A DNA stretch of 64,000 nucleotides, from IMG/VR virus record IMGVR_UViG_3300013115_000259; one strand, written 5' to 3'. This stretch comes from an uncultured virus (IMG/VR IMGVR_UViG_3300013115_000259) (taxonomy: Duplodnaviria > Heunggongvirae > Uroviricota > Caudoviricetes). Position 1 is the first letter of the stretch, and every line of letters begins with the position of its first letter. The notes beneath the pieces are model-generated. The model made no database searches and was not told where the DNA came from. It saw only the letters and a program-made list of their open reading frames with translations. The position numbers were made by a program, and so were the translations under genes. Below are positions 10,451 to 21,446 of this stretch, piece after piece.

Positions 10451-13400
10451 AAAACTTTTTGAATCAACAGACAAATCAAATAACTACCTTTCAGACACTA
10501 CAGAACAACAGACGTTCAACGAAGTAGAGTCTGCGCGCAACGCCCGTGCTATTAAACTGAAGCAGGAAACATACGTTCCGCAGATTGATTATTCTAAGCC
10601 TGAGAATTTTGCTCATTATGGATCGGCTTATTTATATTATAAATCATCAATCGAGAGAGTTATTGATTATTTTCCCTATGATGGTTCCGATGCAGAAGTA
10701 AATGAATATCACAACAAGTCATTAGATATTGACAGATATATATTTGATAATCTTTACCCGCGTACAACTGGTTATGCTACGTTGTGTGTGGAAGGATGGG
10801 GCGCCCGAGACGGATCTATAGTTCGTGGATTTGGTAAACCGATAACACAGGAATATATTGAATTCTTCGGTGGCCCACACACGATTACGGCATCTACTAG
10901 CGCAAAACTTTTTCAAAATCCTAGTTCTTCCAATATTAGTTCTGCCAACATTTATGATACTAATATTTATACGACTGCTCGTTTACCGACAAATTACGGC
11001 TCAGGCTCAAGAGAGTCGAATCTTAAATCTAATTTTGATACTGGTGTTACTGTTGAATTTTGGTTAAAGACTGGCTCGCTAGACAGTGCTTTAACTGAAA
11101 AACAAGTTGTTTTTGACATGTGGAACAACCAGCTTTCCTCCAGCGCTCCGTATGGGCGTATTACGATTGCTCTTACTAGTAGCGCCACGTCTCCTTTTCT
11201 AATAACTGCACAGTCGGGAACTACTGGAATTTTTGAACAATCAATCGGAAATACAGTTACAACGGGATCGCTTGCCGATTGGAAATTCTATAGTTTAGCA
11301 TTGTATAATAGTGGCTCTGATTTTATTGCTAAATTATATGTTGATGGACAATTAGATGATACTAATACTTATTCTTCCATTACTTTAAACGAACTACAGT
11401 CTAAAAAAATGCAAGCCCGCATTGGAGGACTTTTAACTGCGCCTTCTGGAACCGCCGGCGTACCTTCTAACTTAGCCGGCGCCGGTAAGTTAAGTGGTTC
11501 TATGGATGAATTTCGATTCTGGAAAGTAAGGAGAAACTCCCACGAGATAGCAAAAAATTGGTTTGTTCCTGTAAATGGCGGCACTAATACAGATATATCT
11601 AACACCACATTGGGTGTTTATTATAAATTTAACGAAGGTATAACACAAACTTCCTCTATCGATAGAGTTGTACTAGATTACAGTGGACGTATCACTAACG
11701 GGACTTGGACAGGATATACAGCAACCTCACGCAATACTGGCTCAGCAATAGTTTCAGCCAGCGCAGCAAATGTAGAGTATCCTGATCCCATTATTAGATC
11801 TTCTCATCCAGATATCGCGACATTAAAAACAGGGCTATTAAACAGTGGCTCTTATCACGACAATACTAATGTTGCTTCACTTTTGAGCATGATTCCAAGT
11901 TGGATTGTAGAAGATCATGAGGCAACAGAACATGGAAATCTGCAGATTATTTGTCATATTGTGGGAACGTACTTTGATTCACTTTATACGTTAATTTCAC
12001 AAGTACCAAAATTCCGCAGTCAGACATACACTAGTTCGTCTTATATTCCGTTGCCTTTCGCGCAGCATATGCCCCAGTCTTTGGGGTTGTATACTCCTGA
12101 AATCTTTATAGATTCGGATGTGTTGGAGAGGTTTAAGAATAGAGATCAGACTATGCTTTTTGAATCTGATTTAAATAATATGAAAAATATGATTTATTTA
12201 AATCTTTATAATAACTTAGCAAACATCTTTAAGGCAAAAGGAACATCAAAGGCAATAAGAAATGTATTAAGCTGTTTTAATCTTAATGAGGAAATATTAC
12301 GCCTTAACGCTTATTACAACGATCAAAAATATGAATTAAAAGATAATTTGATACAAACGATTGTTGACAAGAAAAGCGCTAATTTTAACTATAAAAACAA
12401 TCTAACGGGAACAGTTTATCAAGCGCAAAACGCATCAAATGCTGATAGTTTAGGCTATATTTCTGGTAGTCAAGGCTCTGGTTATGAGAATAAATATGGT
12501 TTTACTGTCGAGTCAGACATCTTTTTTCCCGCATTTAAACAGGAAGATGCGCCCTTTGACAGAGAGTTTCTCCCTGTATCACTGTTTGGGATGCACACAG
12601 TTGACACAGGTAGCGCCGACTCTTTAAGTGGCGTGAATACCACGTGGGTAGATTTAGATTATGCCAATTTTCAAGTACTGGCAGTACGCGATAGTCCATG
12701 GTCTAAAAATGTTTATTTCAAATTAACCTCTTCTAATTCTCCTAGTTATTTTCCTGAATTGACAAGCAGCACTTTCTTGGGTACTTATGACAATGATCGA
12801 TGGAATCTTTCGGTAAGGATAAAGCCAAGTAACTATCCTGTTACGGAAATAGTTTCGGGATCCACAGACTACACCTATGATTTGTTTTTCAGAGGTGTTA
12901 ACACCTACTTGGGGACGGTGCAAGATAGCTTCTCGCTTACTGGCTCGATCACTAAAGCTCGCGGAAATCAAATATTGGGCTCTGCCAAGCGCCTTTATGC
13001 GGGAGCACATAAGACAAACTTGACAGGCGCCACTCTTAAGAAGAGCGATGTTGAGGTATCTAGCCTTAAATATTGGACTAAATACATTAATGATCGTGAT
13101 TTAGATCAACATTTGTTTGACATAACGAATCAAGGAATCTCTGGCTCGTATATGGAGATTTCACCCAAGGATCCCAATGACGGAAATCTGGAGATTTTGA
13201 ATCTAAACACATTGGCACTTAGTTGGGATTTCTCAAATGTCACCAGTTCAAATGCGGCAGGCTCCTTTAATGTAACAGATATGAGTTCTGGTTCAGCGTT
13301 TATGAGAGACAATTATGGATGGCTTGGCAACATTACCGGATATCAACTTACGGGCTTGGGCAAAGGGTTCCAGACTTCATCAGTTGAGGCAATTGAAAGC

Positions 13401-16400
13401 AAATTAAGTAATACATATAAGTTTATCGATCCTCAAATTGCTGTTTCTTCAGACATGGTGCAGGTATTAGATGATGACGATAAAGTATTTGGAGTGGATC
13501 AAACTGTTCCGAACTTTTTCTTTGCGCTTGAAAAGAGCATGTATAACGCAATTTCGGAAGAAATGCTTAAATTCTTTGCTGGTGTCGTTGATTTTAATAA
13601 TGTTATTGGAGAGCCAGTTAATCGATATCGTGAACGTTATAAAGCTTTAGAGAAGCTGAGAGAGATCTTCTTTCGCAAGGTGACAGATATTAAAGATGTT
13701 GAAAAATATCTTAATTATTACAAATGGTTTGACGAATCTCTTACTTCTATTATTAGTCAATTAATACCAGGCTCTGCTCAATTTGCAGATGGAGTCTTGA
13801 ATATTGTTGAAAGTCATGTTTTAGAAAGAAACAAATATCAAACAAAATTTCCTACATTAGAATTTAAACCAAGTGATCCCGCAGCCGCATTTAGCGGTAT
13901 CGCTGAAAAACTTTATCCTTTTCCGAAGGGATCTTCTCCTCTCCCCTCTTCTCCCCGTCGTACTAATATTAGTGGCACCTATTGGCATCTAAGAGCCGAA
14001 AGAAGCGCACCATCGATTACTTCGGGTAATCCATCGGTAGACACTCAGAGAGATAAAATTCGTGATACTGTAGCTGCTAGTCCCAATTTAAGCCAAAGCC
14101 TTCCCGTTTTGTCAACAGTTGGCGGCGTTAAATATAAAGGCAGAGGTTTCGCCGGCAGAGCTTTTGCTAAAACATACAAGTTGGATATGGGAAAGCCCAA
14201 TGCTAGTGTTTATAAGGGCGGCACAAACTTCAAAGAAAACAAAAACATTCAGTTTACTTACACCGCTCTACGCCCAGCTGGCCCAGTTAATACTACCGAT
14301 GGAAGATTTATTCCGTTAAACGTTTTGACGGCTTTCGAAGATTCTTTAGAGGGGCTGAGAGAAACCTATAGAGAAACTCTTAAGGAATATCCGACAACCA
14401 AGATTAAGAGAGTCTTTAAGGTTAATCATGGTAGAAAGTGGCAAAATGGCTTTGGGTACAATAGCCTTAAATCAACTTTTGCTTTCCCCTTCAATGTGAT
14501 TAGTTCTTCTGTAACTACTGGATATAACAAGAGAGTGGTGGAAAGAGTTAGTTCATCTCTAGAGATTACCAACCTCCATCATGATTCTTATGGCGCAGAG
14601 ATGGAAATTCCTATGCAGGGGCCTTTTACGAATTATGCAGTGGGTGGCCACCAGTCGCGACATATTGCCATCAACAAGGGCCCCACTTTGGACACCTATC
14701 TCACACGTCCTGAAGCTTGGAAGATCCTTTTGGGACAATGCAACGATGTAACACTTAGCGGAGCTATCGGCATGGTAGGCCCGGATTATCCATGGCCAGA
14801 AGCTAATGACGTTGGCGCGCGCCCTTATCCGATGACGGCTTCCGAAAAGGCAGTATACTATAGAGACTTTGTTGCGAAGCGTCCGGTGAACATTCGTAAT
14901 ATTCACCATACAACGGGTTCTACGATTTTAGGAAACTATAACCAACAATACGAAGTTGTTAACACGGTTGGAGCTTATTCTAATCCTCGTCGTTTTCTTG
15001 ATCAGTTGCCCACGATTGATCTTTCGGTGCCTTTGTCGCAAGCAACCGCTACTATTGAGATTTTGACTCTTGTTCCCGGCAACCTTAATGGCGAATATAT
15101 TCAGTTGACTGATGAGACACACCCTACCGTCACCTTTACGTGTGACACTTCGATCACTACAGCAGTACGAGATTCTCCTACGGAGTATCGTTTCGGAAGT
15201 GCATCTTCGGGTGTTGCAGACATTCCACGTCAAATTGCGATTGAACTGGACGAAGCTTTAGACCTGGCTTATAATAATGGGGATATTAACATTTATTCTC
15301 TCAGAAATGGTGATACGCTCACTTTAACTCAGATGACGGGATCCGGGGTACGAGGAAATACCGCCATTGTCACAGATATTGATGGTGGGGATGCTACTAT
15401 TGCTGCCGCTTTTACCGGCGGAACTACCGGCAGTTTTTTGCCCAAAAAAGCAAATGTTATTAATACGTTCATTAACTGGCATCGTGGAGCAGAAGGGCAC
15501 TTCGATTTCGGATTAACTTATGCGCCTACCCAGTTTACTGGATCGGGACATCAAACTGTTATAGTGGGCAGGTTTGCAAATTGTGGTGGTTGGGAAGTAA
15601 TGTCACGAGGGTTTGAAGATATTCGCAGTTCTGAATTCTCTCCTTATGTGTCTATAAACAATAGAAATCTAACTGTAATTAAGCCTTCCCAGGGTCCCAG
15701 CGGAACTCTTTCAGAGCCAGTTGGTGAAGGAATCCCTGGCATCCGTGTTACGGATATTCACGCAAAGGATTATGGGTTACGCTCTCAGCTTTCTCGACAT
15801 ACAGCACGATTTGGTAGAGATTCTTTGTGGATTACAGGAACGACAGCAGTAATCGACGGCCCAGAACAAACTGCCGGCGGACCAGGAGCTTCGTTTACTC
15901 AATATCCTGGTTTTCATAAGGTACATAGAAATACCAAAAGAACGTTGAAATATACAAGCCAATCAGTAAACCCAAATATTTTTAACCCTCCCACTGTCGC
16001 TTTCGTTTCCGCTGCTCAGTATGATAACTTTTATGTCACACATCCGATCCCGCGTTCCGATAAGCAATACTCGTGGTTTACTGGCTCGCTAGGCACTGCT
16101 TCGTTGGTTGATTTGCGATATGCACGCTTTGCTCCTATTCAAACAACAACCGAAGGGTTTTATTCTACGTCTGCAGGGTATGTTCCTTATTTTGAGTTTA
16201 TTACTGCTAGCAATGTGGGAATGATAGGAGACGGACTTATTGAGCCACATGAAGATGCTGCTTCCCCTGTGGATATTACTTATGTTAGTCCATATTTGCG
16301 CCAGGTGCCTACTTTAAATATTCGATGTATTGATCCGGTGAGTGGTTCTCCTCATAACGTGATAGGATTTCCAGCCACCTCTCCTTTTAATACCTATACA

Positions 16401-19400
16401 AGTGAGAGCGCTTTTCCTATTAGTTCAACTCCACTTGGTGGAACTGTAAACTATTTTAACCTTCTTATGTTTAAGAGAGGAAACTTTCTTGGCTGGAACT
16501 GGCGAAAGAATCGACAATCTAATAATCCAATTCTTCTCAAAGAAAGAAAAGACAACGTAATAACAGCAATTTCCGGCGCCGACAACACATTAGTTCAATA
16601 TAGGCTTACTCCTCTTTCCATGAAAGGCCGGCCTACTTTAGTCAACTTCTTGGCTGATGGCGTAAACAACGCAACCATCAAAGCCGGGAACACTAATTTG
16701 GAAATTTTCTTTGATGAAAATCGATTAGATAATTTGTGTTTCCCTAATCAGGGTGATATAGTAACTCCTTTTGAGGATGTTTGGAGTACATTAGAAACGA
16801 ATTCATATAATGTTAACTGGGTATTATACAGAGAAGCCTTATTTCCTTCTTTATATAACGAGTTCTATACTTCTTCGCTGCAACGGATCGAATATGACAA
16901 TCTATATTGGCGCAATCTTAGAGGCACCATTGATTCTGATACAGGTAATTACCCTGCACAGCCCCAGTCTCGTAACAGTATTGGTTCTGCGATAAGCAAC
17001 TCTTTTGGGGTTAACAAGATTAGTCAAAGTTGTTGGTTGTTGGATGCACAAACTGATTTTCTTACCCGAACTAAACCTTCTTTGGCGTCTAATAAGGCGT
17101 TTACCAACGGCAAAGCATTAAAGGCAACGGGCTCTTGTGGTGAATTACAAAATGATTATTCTTTTGCTTTCGTCACGCGTCCACATCGAGTGGCAATCAG
17201 CGATACGGGGGTACTTATTAACGGTGCGCAGGCAAAGAAAGTTCGCAATCTGACGGTTGCTGGGCTATATTCTCGAAAGCACATGAGCCTGCTTCCACAT
17301 TCAGTGGTGGCGCCTAGTGGCATTAGTATACCAATTGGCACCATAACTCCAAAGTCTTTATCTGACATATATACTGTTTACTATTTCAGCAGCAGCGCCC
17401 ACTGGTTGCGAGACGATATATATGCCGGCGAGGCATATTGGGATGCACCAGCTAATGCTGGCATTATTAAACAAAATGGGACGGCTTCTGTTTTTGAATC
17501 TCGTCCATCAAAACCATGGTTTACTGATTACTCAAACTATAGCCATGATTTGAAATTGATTGCAAAAGATTTTTCTATTGTTCCGGAGTTCCGCGTTAGT
17601 GAACATGTGGATGATTATCTGACTTATGGGTTGTTCAATGAGGGTAAAACAGATACATTTGAGATTGTAGGCACAGCATATAATAGCTCTCAGTCTACAT
17701 TTTATAAAGATTATTCTAACTCTGATTTTATGAGAGGATTTTTGAATATTAAGGATCTTACTTCTCTTAAGGCAACAGAAATTAAATTAGTTTGCAGCGC
17801 AGCTATCCGCCTTAACCCATATAAAGGATTTTATCCAGCCCAACGAACTTTGGATTTGGTTTCCCAATTTTCTAAATCTTTTGGTAGCGGATTCTTGGTA
17901 ACTGGGAGCGGAGTATTCACTACGGTTCGCCCGTCTCCAGCATCGGCAGGGAGCCGGCTGGACACTCGTTATACTCCAACCCCTTCCGAGTTGATATCAA
18001 ATCAAGGAGGGGCATTAAGATCGATTCTACAGCCTTTATTTGCTCCTGGTATTTTATATAATTCTATTAAATCAGGCCTAGCTGTGGACTGGCCGCTTGT
18101 TACGGCAACGTCTTCGATATTTCGAAATGTTTATGGCACTTCTCCCGGCGCCGGCGAAAATCAATATCACGAACATTGGGCACTTACAACTAACCCCAGT
18201 CATTCGTATGCCGCCGCCGGCACATCATGGGACGGATCCAGTAGTTACTTTAATGTGAGGTTGCCGTTCGAAACAATTATTAATCCAGGCACTACACTAA
18301 AAAATATAGATTTGTTTGATGTAGAGCCACACCCTTCAGCTGCCTTAGATATTACTGGATCCTTAAGTATCGGAGATGCTGATAAGACTTACAGTAAGAT
18401 GGCTAATAATTTCTTTGGAGAAGTGGGCAACTTTTTCTTAAAAGATAGGACTTTTTCAAAACTACAGTCAGGAATTATCTCAGATACATTGACATTTAAG
18501 TCCGGAGCAGTGTACGGTGCCCGTCTAAAAATTAGACGTAGCATGAGCGGCTCACGTGTTTATACTTATGAAAGTGGTTCTTTTGAGATTGGCACTAATG
18601 CAGGATATTCTAAATATGGTGGCGCGCGAATGACAGGTGCTCTAGGCTCAGCGCTGAAATACTTTTTCCCCGGAGAAGGCTTTCCGTTGCCGCAGGATCC
18701 TCGTCAAAACGATGCGCTTCGCGAATCATTTACGATGTACAGTCGTCCTTCCGCTTTTGGCCCACAGCTAGCTGGGCGCCCATCTGGATCTTACGCTACT
18801 GCATCGGCGGTATTAAATCAAGTGCCGGTTGATTGTTTTAACGGATTTAATTGGGCATATACTCCTCCTTACTATCATGGAGAATCTTGGGTGGACTTTA
18901 TTTTTCGCCCTGTAGACAATCGAGAGTATACTCTTGATAAGATCCTTGCCGAAATGGATACAGTTTTTTGGCGTGTTGATCCCGGAGCGCCATACCGCCC
19001 CGGATCCGGCGCAAACAAACAGAGGCGCCACACCCTCCTTCCAGATTGGGCAAGCACTCGATTCAATCAATATAATGTTGATGGATCTGGCCTCCCTGAT
19101 CCCAGCGCCGGCCACACGGATATTCGCCTCCGAACCCCCTACCAAGCGTCTACTGTTAATGGAAGTGCTATGCAGTTAAGCGCTAGTGTTAACTTATTTG
19201 GAGTGGAAAGCGTATCTTTGCAAGAGATGAATAAGTTCGGCAATCAAAATATGTCACGCAACCAAACAGTAGGTAAACGCTGGGTTATTCAGCCCAAGTT
19301 TGAAACTCCAATGTTAAATTTTAATGACACTGGTTTTAAACCTCTGGTGTCGGGCAGCGGCGTTACACTTCCGACCGGATATGGCTCCGGTTCCGTTCCA

Positions 19401-20447
19401 CGCGGCATGTGGCATCAATTTGGTATTATCGAGCCAGATCCCAACAAAGGAGTTTTCTTAGAAATAGACGACATTCCAAGCGATTGGCTTAAGAATCATT
19501 ATGATGTGATACTTTCTGGCTCTGTTTATAACGAGAATAGTGCCTTCAAGGGCCAAAGATTGTATAAGAAAATGAAATCTTTAACTGATTTATTTGGATT
19601 TAGAGAGAATACAGATAAGGCACGCCTGGGAGAGCTAGCGGAATTCCGGACTCTTAAAGAAGCAATTGTGGCAGTGCCCTATATTCTAGAAGTGGGAGAC
19701 ATGGATAGCACTGAGAGATCTCGAATGAGCAATACTTTAGCTGCCACTAAGAAGAAGTTTATTGAAATTTCACAAGAAAGATTTTCCGCCGCTCGTGCCG
19801 CAACTAGGGGTAGCCTCGCTGGAGATTCGCTGGATGCTGCCGGCGAATCAATCAGACTCTTACTGCAAAAGATGGATAGGTATGTGTTACCTCCACAGTT
19901 CGATTTTCTTAGTAATGATAGTGTCGATCCGATTGTGATGTATATGTTTGAGTTTGAATACCAATTAGATAAAGATGATCTTTCCTATATCTGGCAAAAT
20001 CTTGCTCCTCGAAATTATAAAAAGATGGAATTCCAGGTTCAGTCTACCGCACATGATTTAATGAATACGGAATTGTTATACGAGGATAACCTTATGGATA
20101 ACGAAAACCTGCGATGGATGGTATTTAAAGTCCATCAAAAATCCCAAATAGACTATTTTGATCAAGTGGCTCCTCAAGCAAATACCGCCGGCGGCAATGC
20201 AACTTTTGACTTGCCAGGTCCTCTACATAATCGAATAAGTCAAAATCGTGCCGATGGTAACGATGATTATAATATATCTTTTAACTGGCCATACGATTAT
20301 GTATCATTTGTTGAGCTAGTTAAATTTGAGGCGCAAGTCTTGTATGAAAAACCAGAAGGTTCTGCTGTCGATGCACCTCAAACAACCCCCGTTGGAGACT
20401 TGAGTACTACTGGCGCCCGAAATAGGCGACTAACCGAAGAGAGTTAA
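10440..20447 (+). CDS. Giant virion protein (3335 aa) with LamG/concanavalin-A-like domain(s); possible gp7-like baseplate wedge/adhesin
   Basis: LamG-like pattern 'TVEFWLK...KLYVDGQLD...LSGSMDEFRFWKVRR'. 'NLANIFKAKGTSKAIRNVLSCF' resembles the gp7/P2 gpI 'KGT' motif. Confidence 0.65.
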   Translation: MSIKKLFESTDKSNNYLSDTTEQQTFNEVESARNARAIKLKQETYVPQIDYSKPENFAHYGSAYLYYKSSIERVIDYFPYDGSDAEVNEYHNKSLDIDRYIFDNLYPRTTGYATLCVEGWGARDGSIVRGFGKPITQEYIEFFGGPHTITASTSAKLFQNPSSSNISSANIYDTNIYTTARLPTNYGSGSRESNLKSNFDTGVTVEFWLKTGSLDSALTEKQVVFDMWNNQLSSSAPYGRITIALTSSATSPFLITAQSGTTGIFEQSIGNTVTTGSLADWKFYSLALYNSGSDFIAKLYVDGQLDDTNTYSSITLNELQSKKMQARIGGLLTAPSGTAGVPSNLAGAGKLSGSMDEFRFWKVRRNSHEIAKNWFVPVNGGTNTDISNTTLGVYYKFNEGITQTSSIDRVVLDYSGRITNGTWTGYTATSRNTGSAIVSASAANVEYPDPIIRSSHPDIATLKTGLLNSGSYHDNTNVASLLSMIPSWIVEDHEATEHGNLQIICHIVGTYFDSLYTLISQVPKFRSQTYTSSSYIPLPFAQHMPQSLGLYTPEIFIDSDVLERFKNRDQTMLFESDLNNMKNMIYLNLYNNLANIFKAKGTSKAIRNVLSCFNLNEEILRLNAYYNDQKYELKDNLIQTIVDKKSANFNYKNNLTGTVYQAQNASNADSLGYISGSQGSGYENKYGFTVESDIFFPAFKQEDAPFDREFLPVSLFGMHTVDTGSADSLSGVNTTWVDLDYANFQVLAVRDSPWSKNVYFKLTSSNSPSYFPELTSSTFLGTYDNDRWNLSVRIKPSNYPVTEIVSGSTDYTYDLFFRGVNTYLGTVQDSFSLTGSITKARGNQILGSAKRLYAGAHKTNLTGATLKKSDVEVSSLKYWTKYINDRDLDQHLFDITNQGISGSYMEISPKDPNDGNLEILNLNTLALSWDFSNVTSSNAAGSFNVTDMSSGSAFMRDNYGWLGNITGYQLTGLGKGFQTSSVEAIESKLSNTYKFIDPQIAVSSDMVQVLDDDDKVFGVDQTVPNFFFALEKSMYNAISEEMLKFFAGVVDFNNVIGEPVNRYRERYKALEKLREIFFRKVTDIKDVEKYLNYYKWFDESLTSIISQLIPGSAQFADGVLNIVESHVLERNKYQTKFPTLEFKPSDPAAAFSGIAEKLYPFPKGSSPLPSSPRRTNISGTYWHLRAERSAPSITSGNPSVDTQRDKIRDTVAASPNLSQSLPVLSTVGGVKYKGRGFAGRAFAKTYKLDMGKPNASVYKGGTNFKENKNIQFTYTALRPAGPVNTTDGRFIPLNVLTAFEDSLEGLRETYRETLKEYPTTKIKRVFKVNHGRKWQNGFGYNSLKSTFAFPFNVISSSVTTGYNKRVVERVSSSLEITNLHHDSYGAEMEIPMQGPFTNYAVGGHQSRHIAINKGPTLDTYLTRPEAWKILLGQCNDVTLSGAIGMVGPDYPWPEANDVGARPYPMTASEKAVYYRDFVAKRPVNIRNIHHTTGSTILGNYNQQYEVVNTVGAYSNPRRFLDQLPTIDLSVPLSQATATIEILTLVPGNLNGEYIQLTDETHPTVTFTCDTSITTAVRDSPTEYRFGSASSGVADIPRQIAIELDEALDLAYNNGDINIYSLRNGDTLTLTQMTGSGVRGNTAIVTDIDGGDATIAAAFTGGTTGSFLPKKANVINTFINWHRGAEGHFDFGLTYAPTQFTGSGHQTVIVGRFANCGGWEVMSRGFEDIRSSEFSPYVSINNRNLTVIKPSQGPSGTLSEPVGEGIPGIRVTDIHAKDYGLRSQLSRHTARFGRDSLWITGTTAVIDGPEQTAGGPGASFTQYPGFHKVHRNTKRTLKYTSQSVNPNIFNPPTVAFVSAAQYDNFYVTHPIPRSDKQYSWFTGSLGTASLVDLRYARFAPIQTTTEGFYSTSAGYVPYFEFITASNVGMIGDGLIEPHEDAASPVDITYVSPYLRQVPTLNIRCIDPVSGSPHNVIGFPATSPFNTYTSESAFPISSTPLGGTVNYFNLLMFKRGNFLGWNWRKNRQSNNPILLKERKDNVITAISGADNTLVQYRLTPLSMKGRPTLVNFLADGVNNATIKAGNTNLEIFFDENRLDNLCFPNQGDIVTPFEDVWSTLETNSYNVNWVLYREALFPSLYNEFYTSSLQRIEYDNLYWRNLRGTIDSDTGNYPAQPQSRNSIGSAISNSFGVNKISQSCWLLDAQTDFLTRTKPSLASNKAFTNGKALKATGSCGELQNDYSFAFVTRPHRVAISDTGVLINGAQAKKVRNLTVAGLYSRKHMSLLPHSVVAPSGISIPIGTITPKSLSDIYTVYYFSSSAHWLRDDIYAGEAYWDAPANAGIIKQNGTASVFESRPSKPWFTDYSNYSHDLKLIAKDFSIVPEFRVSEHVDDYLTYGLFNEGKTDTFEIVGTAYNSSQSTFYKDYSNSDFMRGFLNIKDLTSLKATEIKLVCSAAIRLNPYKGFYPAQRTLDLVSQFSKSFGSGFLVTGSGVFTTVRPSPASAGSRLDTRYTPTPSELISNQGGALRSILQPLFAPGILYNSIKSGLAVDWPLVTATSSIFRNVYGTSPGAGENQYHEHWALTTNPSHSYAAAGTSWDGSSSYFNVRLPFETIINPGTTLKNIDLFDVEPHPSAALDITGSLSIGDADKTYSKMANNFFGEVGNFFLKDRTFSKLQSGIISDTLTFKSGAVYGARLKIRRSMSGSRVYTYESGSFEIGTNAGYSKYGGARMTGALGSALKYFFPGEGFPLPQDPRQNDALRESFTMYSRPSAFGPQLAGRPSGSYATASAVLNQVPVDCFNGFNWAYTPPYYHGESWVDFIFRPVDNREYTLDKILAEMDTVFWRVDPGAPYRPGSGANKQRRHTLLPDWASTRFNQYNVDGSGLPDPSAGHTDIRLRTPYQASTVNGSAMQLSASVNLFGVESVSLQEMNKFGNQNMSRNQTVGKRWVIQPKFETPMLNFNDTGFKPLVSGSGVTLPTGYGSGSVPRGMWHQFGIIEPDPNKGVFLEIDDIPSDWLKNHYDVILSGSVYNENSAFKGQRLYKKMKSLTDLFGFRENTDKARLGELAEFRTLKEAIVAVPYILEVGDMDSTERSRMSNTLAATKKKFIEISQERFSAARAATRGSLAGDSLDAAGESIRLLLQKMDRYVLPPQFDFLSNDSVDPIVMYMFEFEYQLDKDDLSYIWQNLAPRNYKKMEFQVQSTAHDLMNTELLYEDNLMDNENLRWMVFKVHQKSQIDYFDQVAPQANTAGGNATFDLPGPLHNRISQNRADGNDDYNISFNWPYDYVSFVELVKFEAQVLYEKPEGSAVDAPQTTPVGDLSTTGARNRRLTEES

Positions 20448-20450
20448 ACT

Positions 20451-21446
20451 ATGGCAAAATTTCTTAATAAAAAAGAGCGCGTTTATGATTTAAAGTTGAC
20501 TCCATATGGTCATTACTTGCTTTCTATTGGCACATTTAAGCCCGTATATTATTCATTTCTCGATGATAATGTTTTGTATGATGGAAAGTACGCCGGCGTA
20601 ACTGAGACTCAAAATGAGATTCATAAGCGAATCAAAGAAGATACTCAATATTTGGAAAGCTTTGTGCTGTTTCGAGATATTGAGTCGGGTTCCTTTCCTA
20701 CGGATGGTTCATTAAATTATTTTGAAGTAGATGTAACGCCCACAGTGGTAACTCCTGCCCAGGATATTTTTCATTTTAATTCAGTAATCGGAGATGCACA
20801 TTTAAGTGCTGATACTCAGCTAGCACCAGCATGGAAGGTTGTACCCCTTAGTGGGCGCATTTCTTCTTCGACTGCCATTGATGTTAAAAATTCAGAGCGA
20901 ACTCCTCAGATCAATATGACATTAAATTATACATTAACTACGGAGGAAGCATCTTTTGAAGTTAATCCGGAGAATGTACGAGATATTATTGACACAGTCG
21001 ATGGAACCTTTTATGATAATCGGATTATTGTTTTTGAAGCTGATGATGCTTTGTTATATGTAGACGAGGTAAACACTCAGATTTTAACTGAAAATTTTGA
21101 TATGGAAGTGTTTGAGATTTTAACTGGTTCGGCTCCTAATGAAAAGGATACTTTAGAGCGAAAATATTTTAGAACATTAATACCTCAGATAGAAAATGGG
21201 TTCATGGTTTCTCCCTTTCAAGAATCGGTTTCGCCTGATACTGTTACATCTGGCAGCGTCGAATATTATTTTGATGTTGACACGGATCTAGCAGTTAATC
21301 ACGAGATAGCGTGCCGAGGAGCTAGCCAATTTAATAAAGAATCTTATTACATAGATATGGATATTGAATGTGACGAAGACGATGATACCGCTGTTTTCGT
21401 TGACATCTATGGACAAGCTACGGAGCCTGAAATATGTCAAAGTTAA
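20451..21446 (+). CDS. Hypothetical virion protein
   Basis: 331 aa. Its N-terminus 'FLNKKERVYDLKLTPYG..LLS.G.F...YYSFLDD' resembles that of 28299..29327. Confidence 0.5.
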   Translation: MAKFLNKKERVYDLKLTPYGHYLLSIGTFKPVYYSFLDDNVLYDGKYAGVTETQNEIHKRIKEDTQYLESFVLFRDIESGSFPTDGSLNYFEVDVTPTVVTPAQDIFHFNSVIGDAHLSADTQLAPAWKVVPLSGRISSSTAIDVKNSERTPQINMTLNYTLTTEEASFEVNPENVRDIIDTVDGTFYDNRIIVFEADDALLYVDEVNTQILTENFDMEVFEILTGSAPNEKDTLERKYFRTLIPQIENGFMVSPFQESVSPDTVTSGSVEYYFDVDTDLAVNHEIACRGASQFNKESYYIDMDIECDEDDDTAVFVDIYGQATEPEICQS

